The notes beneath the pieces were generated by a model. That model was not told the DNA's origin, made no database searches, and was given only the letters and a program-made list of their open reading frames with translations. 42,461 nucleotides of DNA from Bacteroidales bacterium (GTDB taxonomy: Bacteria; Bacteroidota; Bacteroidia; Bacteroidales; Muribaculaceae): contig CAADVV010000370.1 in assembly GCA_900752535.1 (NCBI GenBank), positions 1 to 42,461 on the forward strand, given 5' to 3'. Below are positions 9,281-18,892 of this stretch, one piece after another. Each line of letters starts with the position of its first letter. Positions within the stretch are counted from its first letter, which is position 1. Made by a program: the position numbers and the translations under genes.

Positions 9281-9465
9281 TTCCGTTTGTTTTTGTTAAT
9301 CAAATGTCCGGTTCATACACGATGCCATGCTCTGGAAAAAGCCCGGTTGTACGGCAGGTTTTCTTGTACTCTGTATCGTTCCGACCATTTTTTATGTTGA
9401 AGGTTAAAGTAATGAGTTATTATATATACCGATTGTTTGGTATTGGCACGGCTGGTAAAAGCTCG

Positions 9466-9473
9466 TAATTTTG
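9466..9473 (+). promoter_or_regulatory. Bacteroidetes -7 promoter box TAATTTTG
   Basis: Exact TAnnTTTG match 50 nt upstream of the 9523 start. Confidence 0.45.
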
Positions 9474-9522
9474 TACCCGTTTTTCATTTATTTAAAAAAC
9501 TATTAAAAAATAACGGGTAATT

Positions 9523-12291
9523 GTGCGTATATCTGGTCTCGGACTGATACTTATGTTCCTGTTTCCGATAACTCTATTTGCCCAACAGAGGGTGGATGTG
9601 ACCGGAAAAACCCTTGTCGTTTCCAATAATGGAGAAGGACAAGAGGTGTTGCCCTATACCAATATCTTGGTACTCGAAGCCGGGGATTCCACCCTTGTAA
9701 AAGGGGTGATGAGTGATGCCGGCGGGAATTTCTGTCTTAGCTTCCATGCAAAGAAAGAATCGCCTTACCTGCTGAAAGTTTCTTATATAGGTATGAAGCC
9801 GGAGTTTCGTACATTAAATACAGGCAAGACGAAAATCCATGTCGGAAACATTGTCTTGACAGAAGGTCTTGAACTGTCCGAAGTGGTGGTCACGGCTCCC
9901 ATAAAGGAGGTGGAACTGGTGGGCGACACTACCGTCATCAATGCCGGTGCCTACCGGATTCCCGAAGGATCGAACTTGGAAGAGCTGGTAAAAAAGATAC
10001 CGGGCTTGGAATATGACAGGCAAAATAAGACCTTGGTTTATAATGGGCTTCCCATTGCGGAAATCAATGTAAACGGGGAAGCGTTCTTTGCCGGAAACCA
10101 TGCGCTGGCTTTGGAAAATCTGCCCGCCGATTTGGTAAGCAGGATAAAAGTGTATGACAAGCGTAGCGAAATGGAGAAATTCATGGGGATAAAAACAGGG
10201 GAAGAAAATTATGTGCTCGACCTGCAAACCAAGAAGGAGTTCAACGGTACACTGATGACTTCCATAGCCGCAGGCAAGGGTAACAACAAGAAAAAAGAAG
10301 CGGAACTAATCAGCAATTTCTTCAAAACCGGCGGGGAAAACCTGTCGGTAATCGCCAAAAGCGGCAACCGCAACATGACATCCGCAAACAAAGACAACCG
10401 CCAAGACAATGTAGCGGTGAACTTCTTGAAAAAGTTCGGAAAGAAGATACACCTTAACGGGAATGTCATGTACAGCAATGCTATCAATGGGAACGAGGGG
10501 ACATCTTACTACGAGCAATACCTGAAAACAGGGAACCGCTACCGCTATGCGACCAGCGACCGCCACAACACCAACCGCATGGCAAGCACCATGCTAAGCA
10601 TGAAATGGAATATCGATAAGATGACCTTGCTGAACCTTTCAGGCAGCTTTAGTGCGATGAAAGGGACAAACGGGAGTGACAGTCGGCAGGCGACCTACAA
10701 TGAAGATCCAGAATTGGATATCACGGCACCGTTTAATGGGGAAGAAAACAGCCAAACGGAAAACGATATCCGGGTGAATGGCATCCGCATGAACTCCCGT
10801 TCAACAAGCGCCAACCGGCAGTATTTCCTGAACGCCGACCTCACCCGACGGCTGAACGAGAAAGGCAGCAGTTTGGGGCTAACCATGCAATACTCGGAGG
10901 GGAGAGGAAAGAACGAGGCGTTTTCCGTGTCGTCCACCACCTATTATCAATTGCAGGATGAGTGGGGTAACGATTCCGTCCTCTACCGTAACCAATATTA
11001 TGACAGCCCAAACAGAAACCGCAAATTCAGCTTGGGACTGGTTCTGACACAGCCACTACACAAGAGCCTGCGGGCACAACTTTCGTATAAATTCAAACGG
11101 GAAAACCAAAACAACGACCGCAATACCTACGACCTGTCCCGCTTTTTCGACGGTACGGACGATGAACCCTTGTACACCCTGCCGAAGGGCTACGAGGCAG
11201 CCTATACCGACAGCCTGAGCAACAGAAGCCGAAACCACACGACAGCGCATGAAGTGGCCCTCCACCTTAACTATACGGACAGAACTTGGGAAATCAACGC
11301 CGGCCTGTCCGTCGTTCCCGAACGGCAGAGTCTCGACCAGAAGACCGGGCGGATGCAAGCCGACACGCTGAGAACCTCCGTGAACTACTACCCGGCTGTT
11401 ACCGTCTTGTGGCACAAAAAGAAAACACGGGTGCAACTAAGTTACGAGGGAGACACGAAACAGCCGGGACTGACCGAACTGCTGACACTGACCGACAACA
11501 GCGATCCGCTGAACATTACACGGGGAAATCCCAGCCTGCGCCCTTCGTACAACCAAAGGGTGCGCTTAGAAGCACGAGACACGAAGATAGGTTTGAACGG
11601 AGACATGACTTGGGCGAACACGGTGAACAGTGTGACACGGGCTGTGACGTACAATACCCAAACAGGCGGTATAGAAAGCTATCCCGTGAATGTGAACGGG
11701 AATTGGAACGCAAGAGCCACCGTGCGCTACCAGAAGCGCATCAAACGCCGATTTTCCGTTGCCGCACGTACCGGTGCTTCGTTCAGCCAGAACGTAAGCC
11801 TTATCAACGAGGGACAGCAGGAGATGCCGGAGCGCAGTACGACCCACAACACGACACTGAATGCCAACCTACGTTTGGGCTACCAGCCCCAATGGGGAGG
11901 TTTCGACTTGACGGGTGACTGGCGTTTCCGCCACTCCACCAACCTTTTGCGCGAAACCGGCGATTACACCCGCGACTACCGCTTGGGGGTGAACGCCTAC
12001 GCCGACCTGCCCGGCGGCATTCAGTTGCGGAGCGATGTCGATTATTCTTTCCGTAACGGTACGAACATCACCCCCGGCGAAGATGACCAGGTAGTGTGGA
12101 ACGCCTCCCTCTCTTGGCGTTTTCTCAAGCAGAAGAAGGCGGAACTGTCATTCTACTGGGCGGACATCCTTAGCCAGAAAAAGAACTTTACCCGCAGCGT
12201 CTCTTCCTCCGGATTGTCGGAGAGACACACGCAGCAGATAGGTAGTTGGTTCATGCTCTCCTTCAAGTACCGTTTTAACAAACAATTATAA
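9523..12291 (+). CDS. Outer-membrane beta-barrel protein (CarboxypepD_reg-like N-domain + plug-like + OMP_b-brl_3-type barrel)
   Basis: GTG start and signal peptide ...LMFLFPITLFAQQ. Plug-like VVVTAPIKEVELVGDTTVINAGAYRIPEGSNLEELVKKIPGLE. Long Asn/Tyr/Ser/Arg-rich alternating barrel region ending FKYRFNKQL. Confidence 0.75.
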   Translation: MRISGLGLILMFLFPITLFAQQRVDVTGKTLVVSNNGEGQEVLPYTNILVLEAGDSTLVKGVMSDAGGNFCLSFHAKKESPYLLKVSYIGMKPEFRTLNTGKTKIHVGNIVLTEGLELSEVVVTAPIKEVELVGDTTVINAGAYRIPEGSNLEELVKKIPGLEYDRQNKTLVYNGLPIAEINVNGEAFFAGNHALALENLPADLVSRIKVYDKRSEMEKFMGIKTGEENYVLDLQTKKEFNGTLMTSIAAGKGNNKKKEAELISNFFKTGGENLSVIAKSGNRNMTSANKDNRQDNVAVNFLKKFGKKIHLNGNVMYSNAINGNEGTSYYEQYLKTGNRYRYATSDRHNTNRMASTMLSMKWNIDKMTLLNLSGSFSAMKGTNGSDSRQATYNEDPELDITAPFNGEENSQTENDIRVNGIRMNSRSTSANRQYFLNADLTRRLNEKGSSLGLTMQYSEGRGKNEAFSVSSTTYYQLQDEWGNDSVLYRNQYYDSPNRNRKFSLGLVLTQPLHKSLRAQLSYKFKRENQNNDRNTYDLSRFFDGTDDEPLYTLPKGYEAAYTDSLSNRSRNHTTAHEVALHLNYTDRTWEINAGLSVVPERQSLDQKTGRMQADTLRTSVNYYPAVTVLWHKKKTRVQLSYEGDTKQPGLTELLTLTDNSDPLNITRGNPSLRPSYNQRVRLEARDTKIGLNGDMTWANTVNSVTRAVTYNTQTGGIESYPVNVNGNWNARATVRYQKRIKRRFSVAARTGASFSQNVSLINEGQQEMPERSTTHNTTLNANLRLGYQPQWGGFDLTGDWRFRHSTNLLRETGDYTRDYRLGVNAYADLPGGIQLRSDVDYSFRNGTNITPGEDDQVVWNASLSWRFLKQKKAELSFYWADILSQKKNFTRSVSSSGLSERHTQQIGSWFMLSFKYRFNKQL

Positions 12292-12388
12292 GGCGGAAGC
12301 GAAGATTATGTTTTTTTAGTTAATGAGTGGTGATTTGCTTCTAATTATATACCAATTTTTAGGTATTGTGCTTGGGGTAAACTCGTTA

Positions 12389-12396
12389 TAATTTTG
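12389..12396 (+). promoter_or_regulatory. Bacteroidetes -7 promoter box TAATTTTG
   Basis: Exact TAnnTTTG match 42 nt upstream of the ATG at 12438. Confidence 0.45.
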
Positions 12397-12437
12397 CACT
12401 CCAAAAATGATAAATAAAATAATAAAATTACAGAAAG

Positions 12438-13877
12438 ATGAAAAGAAACTATTTGCATGTCGGTTTGATGGCATTCGCAATGCTGCTGGTAGGAGCATCG
12501 TGCAGCGACGATGATACCCCCTCATACAGCACGGGTGCCATGCAGAATACCGAATTGAAAACCATTCTTGTTCAAAGAGGCTACACATTCAACGGGGACG
12601 GCAATCTGTTGCTTGATGATTTGGCTAAAAATACGACGACGCTTGACCTCTCCGGAACGCAGATTTCCACAGATGCACTGGCAGAACTTTCCATGTTCCC
12701 GAACTTGACTGATGTGGATCTGTCGGACAATGGTTACGGCCCGGCGTTCGACTTTGCCAAATTACCGGAACAAATCACCGGAATAGACCTGACGGGTAAT
12801 GAAATCTACGACTATGATAATCTTGTGAGTGTCGTAGTGGAAGAAAACGGCGATGAAACTGTGACTAACCTGCACGAAATTACCAAACTTTACCTTCCGG
12901 AAACCGCTAAAGAGAATATCGAAGATCTCGTGCGTTTCTACCGCCAAAACAAGGAAGCCATCACCGCCGGCACCATTGATATGAAGATGACTGATGTCGA
13001 CGGCAATCTGCAAACTTATACCACCCTGCGCGACGTGCCCGACGCAAACCTGCTCACTTATTTGAAGACCAACTTTCCCGATTTGCTTGATGGCGACCAA
13101 ATAGATATTAGCAACCATTTAGGAGCATCACAAAAAACAGCTGAGATTCTCATTAAACCGACTGACAATGTTACCAACTTTGAAGGTATCCAATATTTGG
13201 TGGCAAGTCCTTATTGGGAAGGTGCTAAAGTCAGCCTTTATTCTGCCGGAGCAGAAAGTGGGGCTTCTGCGCCTCGATTGAAGTTAGGGAAGTTTATTAC
13301 GCAGATTATAATGCAGGAAATAGCATCGGAAGGATTTGACTTATCCAATGCTACCGATTTACGAGCAGTTTGGATTCAAAACAATTCGGCTATAACAAGC
13401 ATTGATTTAAGCCACTCTACTATTTGGGGACAGCGTGACCAAGAAACAGAAGGCAACAATACATACGGCAGCGCCATAAGAATGACAGGATGTCCTGCCC
13501 TGAAGGAAATCAAACTGCCCGAAAAGGATGAACTGAAAGCTTACGCCATTGATATTGAATGCTTGGACGCATTGGAAACATTCGATATATCGAATGTCAA
13601 GATGGTAGCTGACCTCAAAATAGGTGATTTGAATGAAAACTTTAATCTGGTTTATCCGAATCTGACTATTTTCTATAGTGAAGATGGATATGCCGGTACA
13701 ACCTTCGCTTGTTCAGAAAGCACCTTTAACAGAGAATCGACCCAAGCATTCTTGAAAGCAAACTATACCGACATCGACCCATCTGATAAAGTAAGAAGAT
13801 TGGGATACACTTCTATATTAACAAATAGCAAAAACAAAGGATGCCGTTGGAGGACTTTATTGAACAAACAAAAATAA
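12438..13877 (+). CDS. Leucine-rich-repeat surface lipoprotein
   Basis: Lipoprotein signal MLLVGASCSDDD. LRR units such as TTLDLSGTQISTDALAELSMFPNLTDVDLSDNGY and ITGIDLTGNEIYDYDNL. GC is lower than in the flanks. Confidence 0.7.
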   Translation: MKRNYLHVGLMAFAMLLVGASCSDDDTPSYSTGAMQNTELKTILVQRGYTFNGDGNLLLDDLAKNTTTLDLSGTQISTDALAELSMFPNLTDVDLSDNGYGPAFDFAKLPEQITGIDLTGNEIYDYDNLVSVVVEENGDETVTNLHEITKLYLPETAKENIEDLVRFYRQNKEAITAGTIDMKMTDVDGNLQTYTTLRDVPDANLLTYLKTNFPDLLDGDQIDISNHLGASQKTAEILIKPTDNVTNFEGIQYLVASPYWEGAKVSLYSAGAESGASAPRLKLGKFITQIIMQEIASEGFDLSNATDLRAVWIQNNSAITSIDLSHSTIWGQRDQETEGNNTYGSAIRMTGCPALKEIKLPEKDELKAYAIDIECLDALETFDISNVKMVADLKIGDLNENFNLVYPNLTIFYSEDGYAGTTFACSESTFNRESTQAFLKANYTDIDPSDKVRRLGYTSILTNSKNKGCRWRTLLNKQK

Positions 13878-13918
13878 AGTGTAATTAAATTATTTGTTAA
13901 ACTTTAATTATAAAAACG

Positions 13919-14410
13919 ATGCGAAAATTTTTCTTAGGAGCTGCCCTTGTTGCAGCAAGTTTCGGAATGGCGCAGTCTGCTGACGCGGCCACAGTGATGG
14001 ATGTAGAAGGTGTAAGTACCGTATTGGCAATCAGCGATTACGAAGGTACTTATAACGGTACGATGGACAAAATCAAGATGAAAGGGAAAGATTATGAGCC
14101 ACGTGCTGCATCTTATACTCTTGAAGGAGGTCTTTTAACTTGCGATTTTCCACAAATCGGCAGTATGCCGGGTACAATCACCATCGAATTGAATGTAAAT
14201 GTAGATGAAGAAACCGGTGAAATTACTGCTGATTCAGGAGTTGATGCTGGATATTTGACCATCTTAGGAATGGATTTGGTAAAGTTGAAGTTGGATTCTT
14301 TGACTGATGCCAAAGTTACAGGTAACACTATCGAGTTTACTTTGGCAGTATCCGGTAAGTTCTTAGGTGCAGATTTCCCTGCATCCGTACACTTTGTTGG
14401 AACAAAATAA
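13919..14410 (+). CDS. Small secreted beta-rich protein (lipocalin/calycin-like, tentative)
   Basis: Signal peptide MRKFFLGAALVAASFGMAQSADA. Followed by a hairpin terminator. Confidence 0.6.
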   Translation: MRKFFLGAALVAASFGMAQSADAATVMDVEGVSTVLAISDYEGTYNGTMDKIKMKGKDYEPRAASYTLEGGLLTCDFPQIGSMPGTITIELNVNVDEETGEITADSGVDAGYLTILGMDLVKLKLDSLTDAKVTGNTIEFTLAVSGKFLGADFPASVHFVGTK

Positions 14411-14458
14411 TTCGTCATTATTTTGTCAAGCAACGAAATTAAATTCAGAAAGAGTAAG

Positions 14459-14496
14459 GAGAAAGCTGTCAAACGGCTTTCTCTTAGCTCTTTTTG
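14459..14496 (+). terminator. Hairpin terminator
   Basis: GAGAAAGC / GCTTTCTC 8-bp stem, T-run at 14491-14495. Confidence 0.45.
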
Positions 14497-14821
14497 TGTG
14501 TTTACTAAGAAAAATTTATCACAACATATTCACCTCACCCAATGGGGAAGACACCATTATCCTGTCAGCAAGGCTGCTATGCCGCTAAAAACACTTCCGG
14601 TATGCAACCGACGGCGAGGAAACAAAATTATCCAAACCGCCTGAACCGCTTCTGAAGCCTACATGCGGTACACATCAAAGACAGACTTTGCCATCGGAAA
14701 AAGCCTGCCTTTAATCATGTAAAAACCATGACTTTACATACCCTTTGCGGAATACACGCAGGCAAGGGTAATGAACAGGAAACAATTATAGGTTACAAAA
14801 CAAGTAAATTATATAAGCAAA

Positions 14822-15454
14822 ATGAAAAAGTTATACTTTTTATTCAGCCTTCTTATGGCAACAGTAATCGGATTAAGTTCGTGTGAAAGTGACGATTCAC
14901 TTACCAATGAGCCACCTGCACAGGAATATATTGATAAGGCGAAGGAAATCCTTGTAGGAGACCTCGTGCTCTCAACCCGTGCTACAATGAGTGGTGTGGA
15001 CAAGACGCTGTTGGAAAGCGGTTGCCCCACCAAATTCAACTTTTCTTGGCGGGAAGACGGCACGATGGTGCTCGACCTGAGCGATTTCACCGTGGGCGCC
15101 ATGCCCTTCGCCATCACCTTCCGCTGTGCAACGAAGTTTATGAAACTCAACAGTTGGGAAAAGGATGAATACCCCGGCAGCGGTTGGGTGAAGTTCGTGG
15201 GAACGGACGGAAATGTCACCACGAGCGGCGATGACGCTGCGGACAACCAGGAAGGGAGCGGCGCCCGTGTAGATGGTTTCCTGAACGTGGACACCAAGCA
15301 AGTGGAGTTCATCGTGGACTACAACATGATGAACGTGCGTACCGAAACATTCCTGCAAGAAATCGACAAGAGCCGTATCGACCGCTTTGAAGAAGAATTT
15401 GCCCAGTACGAAAAAGACTTGGAAGAAGCCAAGAAAGAACAGGGCAAGGCTTGA
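14822..15454 (+). CDS. Lipoprotein with acidic coiled C-terminus (family unassigned)
   Basis: Lipobox VIGLSSCESDD. A terminator follows directly. Confidence 0.65.
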   Translation: MKKLYFLFSLLMATVIGLSSCESDDSLTNEPPAQEYIDKAKEILVGDLVLSTRATMSGVDKTLLESGCPTKFNFSWREDGTMVLDLSDFTVGAMPFAITFRCATKFMKLNSWEKDEYPGSGWVKFVGTDGNVTTSGDDAADNQEGSGARVDGFLNVDTKQVEFIVDYNMMNVRTETFLQEIDKSRIDRFEEEFAQYEKDLEEAKKEQGKA

Positions 15455-15475
15455 CCTTTCGATTGCAGGAAAGAA

Positions 15476-15512
15476 GGAAAGACCGTAAGACACACGGCTT
15501 TCCCTCTTTTTT
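15476..15512 (+). terminator. Intrinsic terminator
   Basis: GGAAAG(A)CCGT / ACGGCTTTCC stem followed by CTCTTTTTT. Confidence 0.6.
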
Positions 15513-15543
15513 GTGTAGAATAACATGTTTTGACGATAGACAG

Positions 15544-17901
15544 ATGAAAAGAATAACTACCCTCTTATTTTGTGTCTTACTGGCATGTATGAATGCCTAT
15601 GCACAACGTAACGTAAAGCTCAAAGTTCTGGAGAAAGGGACGGAACAGCCGGTCATCGCGGCCACTGTGGTCTATGCCGATAACGAAGCGTTGCAAAACC
15701 TGCAGGGGAGCGTCACGAATGTGGACGGGCTGGCGGAACTGAAAATCCCCTCCAAGAAAACGTATTATTACAAAATATCCTATGTCGGCTTTGTTCCGGC
15801 AACAGGAAAGATAGAAGCGACCGAAACCGAGAAGACCGTCTATCTGGAAGAAGACCATTTGGGACTGAACGAGGTGGTCGTCACCGGTTCACGTACAGCA
15901 CGACCCATCAAGATGTCGCCCGTCACGACGCAGGTGCTGGGCGGCAAGCAGTTGGTCGAAGCCGGATATAGTAACCTGCAACAGGCATTGCAGCAGGAAA
16001 CTCCCGGTCTGAATATCCAGAAGGTGGGCTTCGGAAACGAAATCTCCATGCAGGGTCTCGACGCCCGGCACGTGCTGTTCCTGATGGACGGCGAGCGCAT
16101 GACGGGCGACATGGCCGGGAATCTCGACTACGAGCGTTTCAACCTGCACGCCATCGACCGTATCGAGATTGTAAAAGGAGCCAGCAGTACGCTGTACGGC
16201 TCGCGTGCCGCCGGTGCGGTAATCAACCTTATCACGAAGAAAACGACCAAACCGCTTTCCATCGACGCAGGTGTGCGCTACGGACAGATGAACGAGCGCA
16301 ACTACAAGAATCCGCAACCGAAAGATTTTTTGTATATGTTCGAGAAGAATGCCGACCGTCCCAACCTGCAAGGCTGGGTATCTGCCGGATTCAAGGCGGG
16401 GAAAGTGACCTCGCAGACCGACGCATGGTACAGTTCCTCGGATGCGTTCTACATGTATCAGGCGGAGAACGACAAGAAGGTCTACACGCAGGAGGCCAAT
16501 CCCTTCCTTCCGCACGACATCACCGTAATCAACTCGTCCTCACGTCCGCCGATGGGCATCGAGGGCAAGGAGCATATCACGGTTTCCCAAAAACTGTATT
16601 ACGACCCGACCGATGACCTCTCGATCTTGGTCTACGGGAGCACCTTCTTTATGAACACGTATGACCTGATACAGGACATGACCTTCAGCCAGGCACGTGA
16701 CTGGACTGCCGGAGCAAAAGTGACCTACCACGTGAAAGACTGGTTCAGCGTTACGGGGAGCCTGCATGCCGACTTCTATGACCGCTTCAAGCGGCACGAG
16801 CGCATCGACACGCGCAACAAGGACTACGAGAGCAGCATCTGGCAGCCGCGCCTGACCATCACGAGCAACTACTTCGACGGGCACAGCCTGATATTCGGTG
16901 TGGAACATACGTCGGACGAACTGACCTCCGATCGTTTCTCCGGCAATGCCAACCACGACCTGAAAACCCGCGCCTTGAAGGAGACGGAGTATTTCCTGCA
17001 GGACGAGTGGACCATCAACCCCCAGTGGATGGTGTCTGCCGGACTGCGTACCAACTTCTCGAAGGCGTTCGGTTTCATGGGGATGCCCAAGATTGCCGCC
17101 AAGTATTCGCCCAACGAGCGGTGGGCCATCCGCGCCAACTATTCGATGGGCTACCGTTCGCCGAGTATCAAGGAACTCTTCTTCAACTGGGACCATTTGG
17201 GCATGTTCATGATTCGCGGAAACGAGAACATGCAGCCGGAGAAGAACAATTATTTCTCGCTGGGAGCCGAGTACAGCAACGACCGCCTGTTCCTGTCCGG
17301 TACGGCCTACGGCAACTATTTCCGTGATAAAATCGAGGGCGTGTGGCGCATCTACGACATGCAGTACAACTTCGAGTACACCAACCTGAGCAAGCAGCGC
17401 CTTCTGGGGCTGGAAGCCTTGCTGCGCTGGCACGTGCTGGACTGCCTGACGCTGAACGGAACGTACAGTTTCGTGAACGTGAGCAAGAACGAAGGAATAC
17501 AGGTGAACACCACCTCTCCCCATGCCGCTACGGCCAGTTTGGACTACAAATTCACGAAGAAGAACTACCGGTTGAACGCCGTGTTCAGTGCCTCGTACAT
17601 GGGACGCAAGAAGTTCGACGTGCAGGACCGCGTGTTCGTGGAAGAGGACAACAAGAGCTATGACGCCTACTTCCGTTGCGACCTGCCGCAATACGTGCTG
17701 TGCAACCTGTCGGTGTCGCAGACTTTCTACAATAAGGTGAAACTGACGCTCGGTGTGGACAACATCTTCAACTACGTGCCGAAAACGTTGGGTTCGGGCA
17801 TCACGATGTTCAACGTGCCCGCCACGCCGGGAACACGCGGATGGGTGCAGTTGGAATTTATGCTGGACGATGTGATTAACTCTTTAAGGAAAAAGAAATG
17901 A
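15544..17901 (+). CDS. TonB-dependent outer-membrane receptor
   Basis: Start moved to 15544 (MKRITTLLFCVLLACMNAYAQ). CarboxypepD_reg-like N-domain. Plug NEVVVTGSRTARPIKMSPVTTQVL and IEIVKGASSTLYGSRAAGAVINLITK. Long barrel region. Confidence 0.85.
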   Translation: MKRITTLLFCVLLACMNAYAQRNVKLKVLEKGTEQPVIAATVVYADNEALQNLQGSVTNVDGLAELKIPSKKTYYYKISYVGFVPATGKIEATETEKTVYLEEDHLGLNEVVVTGSRTARPIKMSPVTTQVLGGKQLVEAGYSNLQQALQQETPGLNIQKVGFGNEISMQGLDARHVLFLMDGERMTGDMAGNLDYERFNLHAIDRIEIVKGASSTLYGSRAAGAVINLITKKTTKPLSIDAGVRYGQMNERNYKNPQPKDFLYMFEKNADRPNLQGWVSAGFKAGKVTSQTDAWYSSSDAFYMYQAENDKKVYTQEANPFLPHDITVINSSSRPPMGIEGKEHITVSQKLYYDPTDDLSILVYGSTFFMNTYDLIQDMTFSQARDWTAGAKVTYHVKDWFSVTGSLHADFYDRFKRHERIDTRNKDYESSIWQPRLTITSNYFDGHSLIFGVEHTSDELTSDRFSGNANHDLKTRALKETEYFLQDEWTINPQWMVSAGLRTNFSKAFGFMGMPKIAAKYSPNERWAIRANYSMGYRSPSIKELFFNWDHLGMFMIRGNENMQPEKNNYFSLGAEYSNDRLFLSGTAYGNYFRDKIEGVWRIYDMQYNFEYTNLSKQRLLGLEALLRWHVLDCLTLNGTYSFVNVSKNEGIQVNTTSPHAATASLDYKFTKKNYRLNAVFSASYMGRKKFDVQDRVFVEEDNKSYDAYFRCDLPQYVLCNLSVSQTFYNKVKLTLGVDNIFNYVPKTLGSGITMFNVPATPGTRGWVQLEFMLDDVINSLRKKK

Positions 17902-18629
17902 TTAAATATACGACAATGAAACGTATGGGATTATTCAAAACGGTAAGCCTCCTGCTGGGCTGTCTCACGATGTTCTCCTGCGTGGACTATGACGACATAC
18001 AACCCTTTACGGGCAAGACGCTGCCCCGCAAGTCGGGCTATTCCACAGGGGTGACGAACGACTGGATATACTTCAACCTTCGCACGGGTGAGTCATTCAA
18101 TACTTACACCGTGAACAAGGACATCAAGGAAGGCGAACAAATCAACCGCACGGACTGGGATTTGGCTTTCTGCGGCTATACCATGCGTACCAATTCGGGT
18201 ACGAGCGGTATCGGTCAGGGCGGTGCCGCCGATTTGGGCTATGGCGGTTACGATGACTGGACGAGCGTTTCACAACTGCCTTCCGACTTGGAATGGATCG
18301 TTGACACGGACGACGTGCGCGTCACCATGTCGCAGAACGACTGGAACCATTACCTTGTGGAAAACGGGCTGGACTTCGATGCCAACCCGTGGTTCGACCC
18401 CAATAACGGTCCTGCCACGACCGAGACCAATGCCAACCCGTTGCTGTCGCAGGCCATGAGCTTCTCCGGCCCTCCCCCCACATACACCCCTTCGTTCCAC
18501 ACGTATGTGGTGCGTACCGCCGACGGAGAGAGGTACTTCAAGATACAGATTATCAGTTGGTACGATGCCAATGTGGAAATCGGTGATGAAGGCGGGAGAA
18601 TCAGTTACTATTGCGACGAATTGAAATGA
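17898..18629 (+). CDS. HmuY-family-like lipoprotein
   Basis: ATGA overlap with the receptor gene. Lipobox LLLGCLTMFSC. NDWIYFNLRTGE and TDWDLAFCGYTMRTNSGTSGIGQGGAADLG resemble the HmuY family signature. Confidence 0.7.
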   Translation: MIKYTTMKRMGLFKTVSLLLGCLTMFSCVDYDDIQPFTGKTLPRKSGYSTGVTNDWIYFNLRTGESFNTYTVNKDIKEGEQINRTDWDLAFCGYTMRTNSGTSGIGQGGAADLGYGGYDDWTSVSQLPSDLEWIVDTDDVRVTMSQNDWNHYLVENGLDFDANPWFDPNNGPATTETNANPLLSQAMSFSGPPPTYTPSFHTYVVRTADGERYFKIQIISWYDANVEIGDEGGRISYYCDELK

Positions 18630-18892
18630 CGGAAGGGATGATGGGACAATTCGTGCGCTTTATGCGCTTCTGCAACCGGCGGTGGGTGAAATGGCCGGCA
18701 GCTATCGTCTTCTTGACGGCGATAACGGTCGCCCACTTCGTCATGGCAGACAAGTACGGGGACAGCCCCAATGCTCCCACTTGGGAGTTTACTGTCACGC
18801 TGCACGCCGCCATGCTGGTTGCTGCGGCAATTATTGTAGTATTCTACCAAAAATGTATCAAACGTAAATTAATGGAATATGGAAACGACTAA
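18626..18892 (+). CDS. Small two-TM membrane protein
   Basis: The ATG at 18626 overlaps the HmuY-like stop (ATGA). Hydrophobic AAIVFLTAITVAHFV and LHAAMLVAAAIIVVFY. Overlaps the next gene by 14 nt. Confidence 0.5.
   Translation: MTEGMMGQFVRFMRFCNRRWVKWPAAIVFLTAITVAHFVMADKYGDSPNAPTWEFTVTLHAAMLVAAAIIVVFYQKCIKRKLMEYGND

Noticed and set aside
9281-9522. Possible riboswitch (for example cobalamin) ahead of the outer-membrane barrel or TonB receptor genes.
   Set aside because: I saw no B12-box-like GCCACTG core and no other recognisable riboswitch consensus. There is only a simple AT-loop hairpin, which is reported separately.
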